From assembly GCA_964016885.1 (NCBI GenBank), contig OZ024745.1, positions 131,688,001 through 131,752,000 on the forward strand: 64,000 bases of DNA. Reading direction: 5' to 3'. The DNA is from Eledone cirrhosa. Lineage: Eukaryota. Shown piece after piece: positions 50,321 through 64,000 of the stretch. Position 1 is the stretch's first letter; each line of letters begins with the position of its first letter. The notes beneath the pieces are model-generated. The model did not search any database. It was not told where the DNA came from and saw nothing but the letters and a program-made list of their open reading frames with translations. A program made the position numbers and the translations under genes.

Positions 50321-53300
50321 TCAGTAATGATGGTCGTGAGCTTGACTACTCAATACCATAGTAGAGATTAATATTTTCTTTATTAAGGCCAAGTTTGTGT
50401 CTTATGTTAGAATGTTTCCTGTGTAGTGACTGACACACTGTGGTGCCGTTCACTTCATATCTCTCATCCTCATCTTACAAAATATTAGCAAACTTTCTGC
50501 CTTCAGCTTCTTTGTATTCTATGTATAGCTGTCATCTACTCTCTTTTAGCTAGGTGATATTGATCTTTGCTGCTCCAAATTTTCCTGTCTTCCAAACCTG
50601 TCTCTTGGCTTTAATGGTTTTATCTAGTGTCATTCCTCAACCGGGTCACTCTCCAGGTGCCTTGCTTCAGTCACAATCAATATCCTGCAGGAGGTTGTCA
50701 TGTAGGGACTTCTAATTGTCCTCTGTCATATACATCTAACTCCTCTGTCCTCGCATATTTATCATGAACGTATAATTTCAGTTGGTATTTCTAACATAGA
50801 TTTAACTGCTATTTCTAGTGGCTTGAGATACTATCTAGAAGTTCCTTTGTTAGCTTGTGGTATTACATGTTTATGAGAGGAGTTTCTTAACACTAGGTTT
50901 TATGATGTAGAAGGTAACTGCCAATATTATAAGGAATCCATTAGATGAAGATTCCTAAATTACCAAAAAGCAGTTAATATTCCCACTAATTATATTCAAA
51001 ATCACAATAAAATAAGCTCCAATGTCTAACTAATCTAAAGGAAATTTTTCCTTTCGTTTTTTTCTCATTTATTTTTTATTTTTACTTTGTCTTTAAAATA
51101 ATAGAAATTAAGTTGATTGCCCGTCATCACGGCATTTAATGTTGATTCTAAGTTTTTTATTCCTTGTGTTCTTATTGTATTCTTCGGCAAAATTAGAAGA
51201 ATTCTATATCATAATAATAATTCCAATACTAGCAAGAATGGAATATAATATTTCATCTCCTCTCATGTTGGTGAAATTATGATTTACAGAAATGATACAA
51301 AATTAGAAATTCTTCTAATTTTAACCTCTTTTCCATCCCTGCTATCATGTTAACCACCAACAGCAAATAAAGAAAAATAAAGGCAAAAAGAAACCCCTAA
51401 TAAAAAGCAAAGGGCAGTTAGAATTCCCTAAATGTCATTATTGATTGTTGTTTATTTTTCTAAACTATAAGGTTTATTTAGGAACATTCCTTTTGATATT
51501 TTTTGCCTAGCTAATTCATTGAAGGGGTTTGAACTAGTTGAGCCTAATTTTGTGCTGAATTAATTAGGAATGTTGAAGGGGGTTGTCCTCTTTCATAAAG
51601 GATTTCTCTGGCTTTAACGTTGGAGGTCCTCTTAATTGAAGTGACAACAGCTCATTAGGCGTACCTTTAATTTGGATCGAAAGAGAAACAACACAACATC
51701 AAGAAATGATTGAAACAGAAATATAACAGCAACAAAAACAGCATCAGGAGGAAATGAAATATGGCCAATTAGAGGATGTAGTTGGAATTTAATTGTAGAG
51801 AAAAGGAGTGGGCAAAATAAAAAAATAAAAATACAAGAATAAGAAGAAAAAAAAAGAAAAGAAATGAAGATGAGAAGTAGTAAAAATATTGCCTTCCTTT
51901 TAGAGTTTCAGTGTAAAGAATAAACATTTTGGTGCTACAAATTCATAGTTGGAAGGCAGAAGGAACACACACATGTATGTAATTAGTGACACATACACAC
52001 ACAAGTGTGTGTGTGGACCCAAGCCTTGTGAGTGAAGGTGTTTACTCTTGAGTCTTGAAGAGTCATTACCCCCTTATTAGTTTCCCCAATTTTTTTTTCA
52101 AAACCCCAACTCTTATTCCCCCCCCCCTCCCGCTTATTAAATCTTGCTGGGAGACCAGTGACTCCAGTTCAGTAATGACTTGGTCTATGTAGACACATCC
52201 AACTCTTGCTAGCAGGTCAGTAATCCCACTTCAATAATGACTTGTCTATGTAGATCTATCCAACCCTTGCTAGCAGGGAAAGCAGATGTTAAAATGATGA
52301 TGATGCACCACTTCTATAGAAATGGTATTTTCAAGATGTACTATATCAGATTCAATCAATATTGCTACTAAACCATTCTCTGCAACTCTGGATACCATTT
52401 TAATGATCCGTTTGAATTGGCAATGTTGACAAAGATACCCTACCCAACATCAGCAAACTTTCAAGGTTTTCACATTTGTTATCCTGTTCATATTCATTAG
52501 TTTTCTTTGTTGCCTGTAAGATACCAAGTGGAAGGAGACCCTAGAGATATGAGCCTTTATAGAATCCTGTAGCTTTTGGAAATGTTATCATTGAAGCTAA
52601 AAGATATTTCACTCAATGAACATCAAATCTTTTCACTGGATTTCTAGTCTCTTGGGTGATTGGAAGCAAAACAATGTTTGATTTTTCCTCTTACAAATAA
52701 TCTCAGACCCCTAACAAAAGGGATATTATATAAAACTCGTGTTTTATTAACCATTTTACAACAGATTTTTACTTTTAATCATATAGAAAAAAAATTGATA
52801 AAAAATACATCATTACAACAGTGTATTGTAATTGCCATACAAACATTTTTTAAATGATTATATTTGCAAAGAATTCAATCTAATAGCTATCAGAGGATAT
52901 TCAATAGTGCCACAAGTAATCACAAAGCTAGCAATAGGGCCAATAACGATCATACAGTTATCTGTAGTGCCCAGCTTTTGATGAGGGCTTTTCTTTTATA
53001 ACTGTTAGATCTATTTTATGTTTTAGTTTGATATGTGAGCAAAGGAAAGAAATTTAATTGAATTCTCAATAAAATTTCTCAACCACGGTGCTTCCATAAT
53101 CCTACTTTAATTAATATTATAGTTTCCTCACAGAACCATAGATATATAATCAAATTTTTGACAGTAAGACTTAATTTAAAACTTAAATACCAATATTATT
53201 TCCCAGACTTTTAAAGTGTTGCATAATTGAAAAAGAGGATAAAAGAACTTTCAAAGAAGGGAAACATTTTGTCTTGTGTAGTCAGTCTTTCTTATTCAGC

Positions 53301-53419
53301 TGAGTTCTTGGTATCACTGGTGTTATGAGGTTAATCTCAGTATTTCAGGAATGTATAGCTTACCACCACTTGTAATTTATGGCCTAATAATATCTAAGTC
53401 TAAAGTCTGTATCAAGCCA

Positions 53420-53642
53420 GGAGGCTTGTCAGACCAGTACTTATCCCACTGGACAGGATGCTAGTACATCACAGGGTTAAACCCCCCAGCTATTGTTGCT
53501 ACTCATTTTCAGCTGAGTATACTGGAGCAGCATGAAATGAAGTGTTTTGCTCAAGAACACAACAAAAAACCCAGTCCAGGAATTGAACTCATTACATTAT
53601 GATTGTAAGTCCAACACCCTTACCACTAGGCCATGCACCTCC
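53420..53642 (-). mobile_element. CORE-type tRNA SINE
   Basis: aagtgttttgctcaagaacacaac CORE-like block; tRNA-like head ggaggtgcatggcctagtggtaagg on the minus strand. Confidence 0.75.
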
Positions 53643-56508
53643 ATTAATAATAATGCTTTCATAACTTATGGCAAGAATGCCTGGGGGAAATTACAATCAG
53701 TGTTTGTTCATACAAATTGCCAGTCATATGGGATCTGACAAGTACTGGTAAAGAATATGCTTCACTAAAGAGGTTTACTAAGACCAAAAGACTATGTTCA
53801 GAGTTGTCATACTAACATCAGACCAACACCCCACTGTATTCCCTCATTAAATGATTAATTAGTTTTAATTTTAGAGTTGTCTCTTCTGCCTTTTTTTTAC
53901 TGGAATTAATCAATTTGATAATTGTTTTTCTCCTCACTGTAAGTGTAACTTTAAATTAACAAACATTTGTATGGCTTGCTACATTAAGTATGTAAGTAGA
54001 GAATTAATTAATGTTTTGATTTTAGTTTTGAACTTGTAAAAAATGAAAAAAACACTTCCCAGATATCTTAGAATAAGTACTGAGGTAATGATTGACAGAA
54101 AAGCAATAAAATCAATCGTATTCACTTAGGATACCATCATCATCAATTAACGTCTACCTTCCACACTAGTATGGGTTAGATGGGTTTGTCGCACTTAGAG
54201 GCAAGTTGGGTCGGGTGATCGTGTCTCGCTCATATAGGAGAATTTCTGGCTGGTTTTCTACAGCTGGATGACCTTCCTAACGCCAACCAGAGAACTAGTA
54301 TTTCTATTGACAACAAAACGGTTCTCTGTTCCAAAGGCTAGTTTCATGGTAGTGAAACATGGGTAGTAAATGCAAAGGCTGGAGGGATATGAAGAGATCA
54401 TGTTTTGATGGATGAGAGATGTTATGTATATGAATGGCAAAGTATGGATAAGTTGAAAGAAAAGCTGGGTATAAGAGGAAGAAAACGTATTTAGCAAGAA
54501 AGAAGACTGTGCCAGTATGGACATATGATGCATATAAATAATGACTGTTGGGTGAAGAAATGGTGGGAGTTCTCAGTGGAAGGAAGATGCAGTAGAGGGA
54601 GATCAAGGAAGACCAAGGCAGGAGAGGTAAGAGCAGATCTTAAAATGCTGAACCTCATAGATTGAAGGAAGGGAACAAATGGAGGGAAGCTGTGATAGAA
54701 AAGACTAACCCTATCCCTAACCAATGCAAGAATGGAAAGTAAATAATATAAAAGAATGATGATTATATACACACACATATATATATAAATATATATGTAT
54801 ATATGTATATCTGAACACATCTACAAAAAACTATTTTTGGAGATGAAAATTAAAAAAAGTTGTAAATTATCTTATTTTCTGTGGATAGTTTACCTTCATT
54901 TTTTTTTTTTTTTGTTATCTTTCAAACAATGTTCAGCCAAATATTCTTTTTATTTTGGAATGAAATATATTTAAAAAAAAGAAATGACAGAAAATGTAAA
55001 GACAGTTTTCTTGGTAATTTTGGTAAATTTTCTCTAATTTTTTTAGAACCAGAAAGTTAGGTAAATGTGTATTTCTCTAAGGTATTTCATCATCAGATCA
55101 AAGATAATAATCAATATTTACAAACTGATTACATTTCAGATAAACAGACAAACCCTTACACACATACACATATATATATATATATGCACACATATATATA
55201 CATACACATGTATACACACATACATGCCACACATATAGGAAAATAAATAGACAAATCCTTACACACACACATATATACATACATACATACATACAGACAC
55301 ACACACACATATATATATACAATACAAATGTGCACACACACATATATACATGTGAACATATACAATACAAATGTGCACACACATATATGTATGCACACAC
55401 ACATACACATATGAAAAAAGTAAAACTAACCGAAAATTCAAACCAAATGAACTAATGACAAAAAACAAAAAAACTAACAATAAAACAAAAAACAAGATGC
55501 AACAGACTATGACCCCCCCCCACCCACCCACCTCTAAAAAAAAAGAACCCCAGAACATTTTAATCACACTTTTTAAAAAAGGTTTTAGTATTTCAGATAA
55601 TTTCTGGAAGTTCGATTTGAAGCTAATATCTTTATATTTTCCCTGCATGTGGTAAAGCAACTAGTAAGGTTCTTTCTTTTCCTTTTTACTAATGGTTAAC
55701 CTAATTCTAATGATTTGTTTAGGAGGCTATACTAAGATCACTAATACAAGTCTTCTACCCTTGACTAACTTGTTAAGAAAATATTAAACAAAACAAAAAA
55801 CAAAAAATTAAAATGCTAAACCTTTATGTAACCCTATTCCTACCGAAATAACACTGGCTCTCATTTTAAAACCAATTTGAAAATAAGCAATAATTTGGTG
55901 GGATTTAGCAATATTAAGCTGGTTTTTGAAACATGGTTTAATGCTCCTCCTCTTCCTGCTTCTACATGTCCATAGAACCGGAGCTGTGTTCTCTCAAGTT
56001 GGAGAAGTAGTGGCTCTACCTGGAATGACTCTCTTATCTCTGCACTACGAACTCTAAGGAGTAATGTTAAACCTCAGAGGAACCCCATTTTGGCTGCTTG
56101 CATTCGTGATTGTATTCTTTTGGTCATTCCCCAAGATTCATGACCATAGGAAAGGCACAAATACCAAATTGATGGAAGGTTTTTAGGTAAATATTAACAT
56201 TCTAAAATAAACAGTGTCATATCGTTGAGCAGGGGTGGTTTCAGGTGGTTTGCTGTCAAAAGAGCTATTAAAAACTAGTTTCTGAGAGAAACAGACATTT
56301 GAAAAGATGCCAGGTTAGCTCAGGAATCATTCTCACATTATATAACACCTCAAATTGTTAAGTCTTACTGAAATAAAATAGAACAGCAATTCACTTCAAA
56401 TATATTGTAATATAGTATTTTATAGAAAAATGATTTCATTAACATATGTTCAAAGTTGGTTGGTTTTTATTATTTCAGTGTCATTTTCATTCTAAGTTGT
56501 CTAGCCTT

Positions 56509-56729
56509 GATATTACTGCCATATGATACCAGATATTACTGCCACATGATACCAGATATTACTGCCACATGATACCAGATATTAGTGCCACATGATACCA
56601 GATATTAGTGCCACATGATACCAGATATTAGTGCCACATGATACCAGATATTACTGCCAAATGATACCAGATATTACTGCAACATGATACCAGATATTAG
56701 TGCCACATGATACCAGATATTAGTGCCAC
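56509..56729. repeat. 23-bp minisatellite, about 9.5 copies
   Basis: Unit gatattactgccacatgatacca. Confidence 0.95.
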
Positions 56730-56889
56730 GACAATGATTATTCGAGGCCTGAGAGTATGTATTGTTCACAAATCTGTTTTTGTTTTGTTGGTTTTTATGC
56801 CTGGATACTATTCCTAACACCAACTATATTACAACTTTTGGAGCCATTAGTTATTGCTTAACACGAGCTCAGCTCTGACTGAGCAGATA

Positions 56890-57285
56890 ATAATAATAAC
56901 AATAATGAAAATATTGTGTACCGTGTTCAGGTGCACTACAACTCATCAAAAGTGTATGTATAGTATATAGGGTAATGTACAAACGTCAGGAAAATTAACA
57001 GTGCATGAGTCATGATATACACATGTGTACATGTGTATGGAAGGGTGACATCAGGTGTAGTTTAGGCAAATTTCGGGAAGCATGGGGGTTATAAAGGATG
57101 CAGTATCTCGGCAGCTAACCACTGATGCAGGCAGTTTGTTCCATGCTTCAGCAACTCTAAGCGTGAAAAAATGTTTCCGAAAGTCATGGGAGCTGTGCTG
57201 TTTTCTGACTTTGTAGGCATGTCCACGTGTGTTAGACATGTGGAGATCAAAAAGCTGGTCAGGGTTGTTGTTGGCGAGATGGTTA
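56890..57285 (-). mobile_element. CR1-group LINE 3' end, same family as 27413-27768
   Basis: NTRGHAYKVRKQHSSHDFRKHFFTLRVAEAWNKLPASVV. Confidence 0.88.
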
Positions 57286-59045
57286 ATAACTTCTTCTTTT
57301 TCTTTGTCCACTTATTCCTGGGAGCCAAGTCCTCAAACACTCCTTCCGGCAGGTTCTGTCAGAAGCAACCATTTCCAACTGATCTCGCTGGATCCCTAAG
57401 CAAGACCAGCCAAGCTCATGGATGTTATTTAATCATCTTGCTCAGGGTCTACGCCTCGGTCTCTTGCTAGTTGGTTTTGCCCATAAAATCTGTCCAGCAA
57501 TTCTTTCCTGAGACATTCTAACCCCTTGTCCATAGTATCGGAGCTGTGATCTCTCAATTTGGAGAAGTAGTGGCTCCACCTGGAGTGACTCTCTAATCTC
57601 TGAGCCATACACTTTAGCAAGTAACGTTACTCCAAAAACCCTTCGGAGGAACCCCATTTCGGCTCCTTGTAGATCTATTATCAAAACCATTCCAGTCATG
57701 AACATCCTTTTATTAAGGGATCTAAGTTTATAATTATCTAAGGTGTCCTTTCTCTTCTTTAAAGATGTGGGAGAGACTTGGTTATTATTTCTAGCAGGTC
57801 GAGTTGTCTATTCAGAGGCTCCCTTATTGGATTAAGAAGACATCAGTCTTATTTTTCTTAAGGTCACCAAATTTATTGTCAGATGTCACTGGTCTTTCTG
57901 TTCTCTTACAAAGATATCACCAATCTTTCAAGCTGACATCACCTTTCTAGACTGTTTAAACAAAGATGACATCTCTCTTCTTGTTAACTCACACTGTCAC
58001 ATATATTGAAGCAGGAGATTATAGTGTCAAATATCGGAAAACTAGTGTTTGTTACAAAATCAGTAAAATTAAATACCCCCCTGATAAAAAAGAAAAAAAA
58101 AAGAAAACAACAAGAAATAAATAATAATTGTTTCTATTTTTGGCACAAGGCCATCAATTACCCAGTGCATTACTGGTACTTTATTTTATCTACCCCGTAA
58201 GGATGAAAGGCAAAGTTAACCTCGGCGGGATTTGACCTCAGACCGTAAAGGGATATAACTATGCTGGAAATCATGGCGTCCGACCCTCTACCGATACAGG
58301 TCCTGTCAGAAGTAATATTCTCCAACTGATCCAGCATGATCCACAAGCGAGACAGCCAACAGTCAAGCTCATGGATGCTTTCCAACCATCTTGCTCGGAG
58401 TCTACCCCTGGATCTCCTACCTGCTGGTTTTCCTTGTAAAATCTGTCAAGTGATTCTTTCCTGAGACATTCCAACAACATGTCCATAGTATCAGAGCTAT
58501 GATCTCTCAATTCAGAGAAGAAGCTGCTCTACCTGGAGTGACTCTCTGATCTCCGAGCTACTCACTCTATCAAGTAACGTTACTCCAAAGACCCTTCGGA
58601 GGAAAATATTTCAGTCACTTGTATTCAAGTTTGTATTCTTTTGGTCATTACCCAAGATTCATGACCTTAGGTAAAGGTTGGCATGAATATCGAATTGAAA
58701 ATAGCGAGTTTGGCATTTACACCTACCTCCCTTCCTCTGATTACTGAATGTTGAAACTGGCGTATTACTGCACCACTTCCTGCCACTATCCTCTACATGT
58801 TTGACGACAAGAAAATTAAATATGTCGAATGTTGAACCAAATATTTTAAGAATTGCAATATGCTTATTCATGGCAGGATGAGAAAATAATTGTTGAGAAA
58901 ATAATAATAATAATTGTTTCTACTTTTGGCACAAGGCCAGCAATTACCCAGTGTATTACTGGCACTTTATTTTATGGACCCCGTAAGAATGAAAGGCAAA
59001 GTTAACCTCTACTGATACTACCACCACCAAAATGATGAAAATAAT

Positions 59046-59229
59046 TGTTTCTACTTTAGGCACAAGGCCAGCAATTACCCAGTGCATTACTGGTACTTTG
59101 TTTTATCGACCCTGTAAGGATGAAAGGCAAAGTCAACCTCGGCGGGATTTGAACTCAGATCGTAAAGGGACGTAACTATGCTGGAAAGCATGGCATCCGA
59201 CCCTCTACTGATACTGCCAATCCACGCCC
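59046..59229 (-). mobile_element. Full-length tRNA SINE with TSD TGATGAAAATAAT
   Basis: The duplication is seen at about 59033-59045 and 59231-59243. Confidence 0.85.
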
Positions 59230-60465
59230 TTGATGAAAATAATGATCGAAAGACGTTACAGAGGAACTCCATTTCGACTGTTTGTCTTCGCAATCATATT
59301 CTATTGGTCATTACCCAACATGGCCACATGAATACCATGATGCACATAACAATTAATTCTTGTGATAGTGCCTGAAACTAGAATTGTTTTATAACAAACA
59401 TTTGCTCATTTTTAAATGTTCATAGTGAAATAAAACTATGGTGGAAGTTTTTAATATAAGGAATTTTTAAAGGTTAGTTTTATCATTAAATTCTAAAAAA
59501 TTTTCAAATTCAATTGATCCCCATAGAAAGTATATTTTATAAGAAATATGGTAAATAAAGGGTTAAAACCTAAGTATATGTCTAGTTAGGCACACACATG
59601 GCATTTCTGGTACAGTTGCACAGTCAATTGAATCATCTAGTTTACTATAACTGAAATTAGATTTACTTATGGTTGTTGTTGAAGGTTGGAAACTGGAACA
59701 GGTTCCATGATTATATTGTTTCTCTTGTGTCTTACACTGACTTTCAAGGATTTATAAAGAGCTTACAAGTGTGTAAAAATAGCAATAAATAAGAGATACA
59801 GGAAATATCTATATCTGCATTAAGTAGGCTGTTATGATGAGAAGCTAAAGGAAATGCACCATTAGAGCCCTGAATTTCTTGTTTAACATTGATTTCTGAC
59901 ACTGGCACAAATACACAGATTTATGAAAAGGGTGAACAATATATTAACCCTTTTGTTATCAACCTATTCCAGCTTTAAAGGGTTTGTACTTAAAACCTTC
60001 CAACATCATTTTATATAAAGACATTTTGTTATGTTACAAATATCATCGTAATGATATGATTTCAGTAAACCCTTTCCAAAGTCTACAATAATTAATTACA
60101 TTAAATACAAAACATTTCCTTATAAATCAAGGGCGGTGGATTGCCATTAATCAGCAGAGCATCGGACAATATGCATTGCAGCATAAAGTTATGTCCCTTT
60201 ACATTCTGAGCTTGAAACCCGCTGAGGTTAACTTTACCTTTCCTCCTTACGGGGTCGATAAATTCAAGTACCAGTAATACACTGGGGTCAATTTAATCGA
60301 CTTTCTCCCCCCCTAAAAATTGTTGGCCTAAAGAAAATGAATTGTTGCAAGAATGCAACCACTTAAAATAAAATTTCACCAGGGATAGATTAGCAAAATT
60401 TAATAAGCAGGGTGGGGGAAATTATTGAAGAGTCAAGAGTATAAAGATATTTGAAGTGAGGTTGT

Positions 60466-61014
60466 AAGTGACAGGAAGCCCTGACACTCCACTGACTCAG
60501 AGGTAAGTGACAGGAAGCCCTGACACTCCACTGACTCAGAGGCAAGTGACAGGAAGCCCTGACACTCCACTGACTCAGAGGCAAGTGACAGGAAGCCCTG
60601 ACACTCCACTGACTCAGAGGCAAGTGACAGGAAGCCCTGACACTCCACTGACTCAGAGGCAAGTGACAGGAAGCCCTGACACTCCACTGACTCAGAGGCA
60701 AGTGACAGGAACCTCTGACACTCCACTGACTCAGAGGTAAGTGACAGGAAGCCCTGACACTCCACTGACTCAGAGGCAAGTGACAGGAAGCCCTGACACT
60801 CCACTGACTCAGAGGTAAGTGACAGGAACCTCTGACACTCCACTGACTCAGAGGCAAGTGACAGGAAGCCCTGACACTCCACTGACTCAGAAGCAAGTGA
60901 CAGGAAGCCCTGACAATCTACTGACTCAGAGGCAAGTGACAGGAAGTCCTGACACTCCACTGACTCAGAGGCAAGTGACAGGAAGCACTAACACTCTACT
61001 GACTCAGAGGCAAG
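60466..61014. repeat. 39-bp minisatellite, 14 copies
   Basis: Unit aagtgacaggaagccctgacactccactgactcagaggc. Confidence 0.97.
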
Positions 61015-62549
61015 ATATTCTTATCTCTTTCAGAAAAGATTAATTTCCTGAATTATTAATTATAAAGAATAGAAAAACCTGACAAAGGTGTTGACTTTGA
61101 AAAGCTTTGAGGAAAGGCTTTGCACGGCGCCAACCCCATTCTCTGAACATCGAATGCATTTGTCCAAAAAGAAGAACTGGTCTACATCATTGGATGCAAA
61201 CAAAGTCGCAGGTTTTATATCAGAGGGACCTTCTCCTAGAGAGATGTCTTAATGAAGACTAGGAGTCTCTCGCTCCACAGAAAAAGACAATACTTTATTG
61301 GATGGCCGTTGACTATCCTGAGTTCCTCTGCCCTTTGCCGGGTTTTGTTTTCATCCTGCAGGGTGGCCAAAACCACCCTCCTCACTAAGCAAACTTGGTG
61401 GGGTTGCCAGTTTAGTCCCCAACGACCCGACCATGCACAGGTTGTACTGAGTTATGTGTTACCAGTGGCTCTGAAGAGCGACCTGACAATAACATACACA
61501 CACACACGCACACACAGACACACACACATACACAGGTACACATACATACACACACATACACACATACATACACACATACATACACACGCACACCCATACA
61601 TGGATACATACACACAACTAAGTGTTCAGATACCAAACACCAAGGTATCAAGCTGCTAAGCAGAAGAATTATATGAACAGAAAAAAAAGAAGAAAAAAAA
61701 GTAAAATAGGAAAATCTATTCCTCCAAGATTTCATTAGATTTTATTTAATTTCCAGAGTGTGAAAGAATAAACTAAAATATATAAAAGAAACCAATAACA
61801 GATGTCTCACAAAATGTGAGTGTAATGAATTACAATGATGTAATATAATTACCATTTTGGCCTTTCTTGCAGTTTTTTTTTCTACTAAGATCAAAGGGTT
61901 AGTTTTTTATTTATTTTATTTATTTTAATTTTAAAGATTTTCACCCAAGTCAGACTGGCAACTTTCCACAATTAATTGCTGTTGACAAGTTTAACAATCA
62001 AATTTGGTGCATTTTAGTATTGGCAATATTTCTTGAGAGTGTGAAAAACAAACTGTTGTGTACATATATATATACACACACATACATACAACTACATATA
62101 CAACCATATATACACACATATACATACAATTACATATACAACCATATATACATATATATACAACCATACATACTCACATACACACATACAATCACACATA
62201 CACATACACACATACAATCTCACATACACACATACAACCACATACACACATACAACCACACATACAACCACACACATACAACCACACACACACACATCAA
62301 AATTAGCATGTCACATTTTTATGACTTTTCTTTCTTTTTTCTGTCTTGTTTATTTTTTTGTTTTGAATTTTGCTAACTAAGCACACAAATGTTATTAGTT
62401 GTGGCCTGTCTGTGAGAAGTCACGTCATATGGTCCCCATCCACCTTCACAATACTTTTTTCACAGCTAATAAGAGCAAAACTAAAACCTAAAAATATATA
62501 AAGACTGGAAACCAGCTTATAAATCATATGCAACAAAATGATTGAATAA

Positions 62550-62732
62550 TGTTGTTGTTATTGTTGTTATTGTTTGTGAATGAAATCAGAAGTGAGTTGT
62601 TATGTTGTTGTTATTGTTGTTGTTTGTGAATGAAATCATGAGTTGTTATGTTGTTGTTATTGTTGTTATTGTTTGTGAATGAAATCATGAGTGAGTTGTT
62701 ATGTTGTTTGTTTGTGAATGAAATTATGAGTG
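62550..62732. repeat. Degenerate 40-50-bp tandem repeat, 4 copies
   Basis: ttgtttgtgaatgaaat.atgagt.agttgttatg repeated. Confidence 0.85.
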
Positions 62733-64000
62733 GATAGCAATGTTTGTGAGAGAAAATATTTAAACTGCACAGATTCAGAGGAATTATGAGGCCAAAAAAC
62801 TGAACAAACAATGGTAATTAAATGAAATTTAGAAACAGAATATAATGAACTGTTTTGTTAGAGTTGTTAGCTAAAGTATTAAGATGTTAAATATTTACTT
62901 TAAATACATATGGACATATTTATTTCATACCTTTTATATTTTGTGAACAATAGCACTGTTGTTTACAGGTTTCCAATGGATCAATAACTATTTATGATAA
63001 TGAAAATGACAGGAGATTTTCATTCAAACTTGGGCTGAACAAATATCACAAAGGATTGTTGTTTGAAAGCACCAAATTATTACTTTTCTAGCCAATACAT
63101 ACATATTTCACAGATATACATCACCAAATGATACACACACATGTATATATAAATAAACACACATATTTTATACATCATCATCACCAATTTATGTCTGCTT
63201 TTCATGTTGGCATGGGTTCGACAGGTTATTAGTTTGAGATGAGGCAGGTCAGATACCATCTTACTCATACATTCCATTTTGGCAAGGTTTCTATGCCTGG
63301 GTACCCTTCTTCATGTGAACCACTTTACAGTGTATATTGGTTATATTTTACAATAGCACCAGCACCACCACTTTACAGATTTTACTGTATGTATTTTTTT
63401 GTGGCACCATAGCACAACTTACAGAATACGGGATGTATTTTATCATGGCACAAGCATTCAACTTATCATCGTCTTCAACTGGTTTAGTTACATGTCTTTG
63501 TTCAGCAGATGTTAATAGCAATAATTGTTTCTGATTTAGGCACAAGGACAACAATTTTTGGGGAGAGGGGGAAATCGATTAAATTGACCCCAGTGTTTGA
63601 CTGGTATTTTATTTTATTGATGAAAGGCAAAGCTAACCTTGGCGGAATTTGAACTCAGAAGATAAAGGGTTGTAACTCTATGCTGTAAAACATGGTACCT
63701 GATACTGCTGATCCAAAATTACCAGATCGCTAACAATAGAGCTGCTAGGGTAAATCTGATGCCATTTTTGGAATTTGCTCTTTTAATATACTCCAAAGTC
63801 TAGATTTATTGTTTCTGGAGTTATTTTAGTATTTCAGACTCATTCTATATTTTATCACTCCGAGAAGGATGAAAAGTAAAATACACTTCAGTGAGATTTG
63901 AACTCTGAATATAAATAAATGAATACCACAAATCATTTTGTCCAACAGTACAATTGTACTGATTATCTTCCATTAACTATAACTATAAATAGCCCTTGGG

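Noticed and set aside
55085-55097. Minus-strand CTGATGA-T-GAAA
   Set aside because: There is no room for stem II and no stem I or III.

Overview
AT-rich, repeat-dense eukaryotic DNA, not prokaryotic. The SINE, RTE and microsatellite inventory suggests a coleoid cephalopod (octopus-like); this is an inference. No complete protein-coding gene is recognisable, and nearly all long ORFs in the supplied track come from micro- or minisatellites. The window holds many tRNA-derived SINEs (some with TSDs), 5'-truncated RTE, CR1 and L1/Tx1 LINE fragments, TA-flanked MITEs, a mariner remnant, a non-autonomous Helitron and about ten minisatellites, several grown from TE sequence. The most notable signal is a set of type I hammerhead ribozyme motifs (CTGANGA..GAAA..TH, with short palindromic stem III). 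They sit in short elements next to (TA)n tracts, often as fold-back hairpins whose turn lies at or just 5' of the ribozyme core, as in Penelope-like elements and retrozymes. Also present: a PHD finger inside an RTE reverse transcriptase, a candidate recursive splice site, weak minus-strand exon candidates and a 14-copy AP-1/TALE-motif minisatellite. All coordinates were read by eye and may be off by a few bases.
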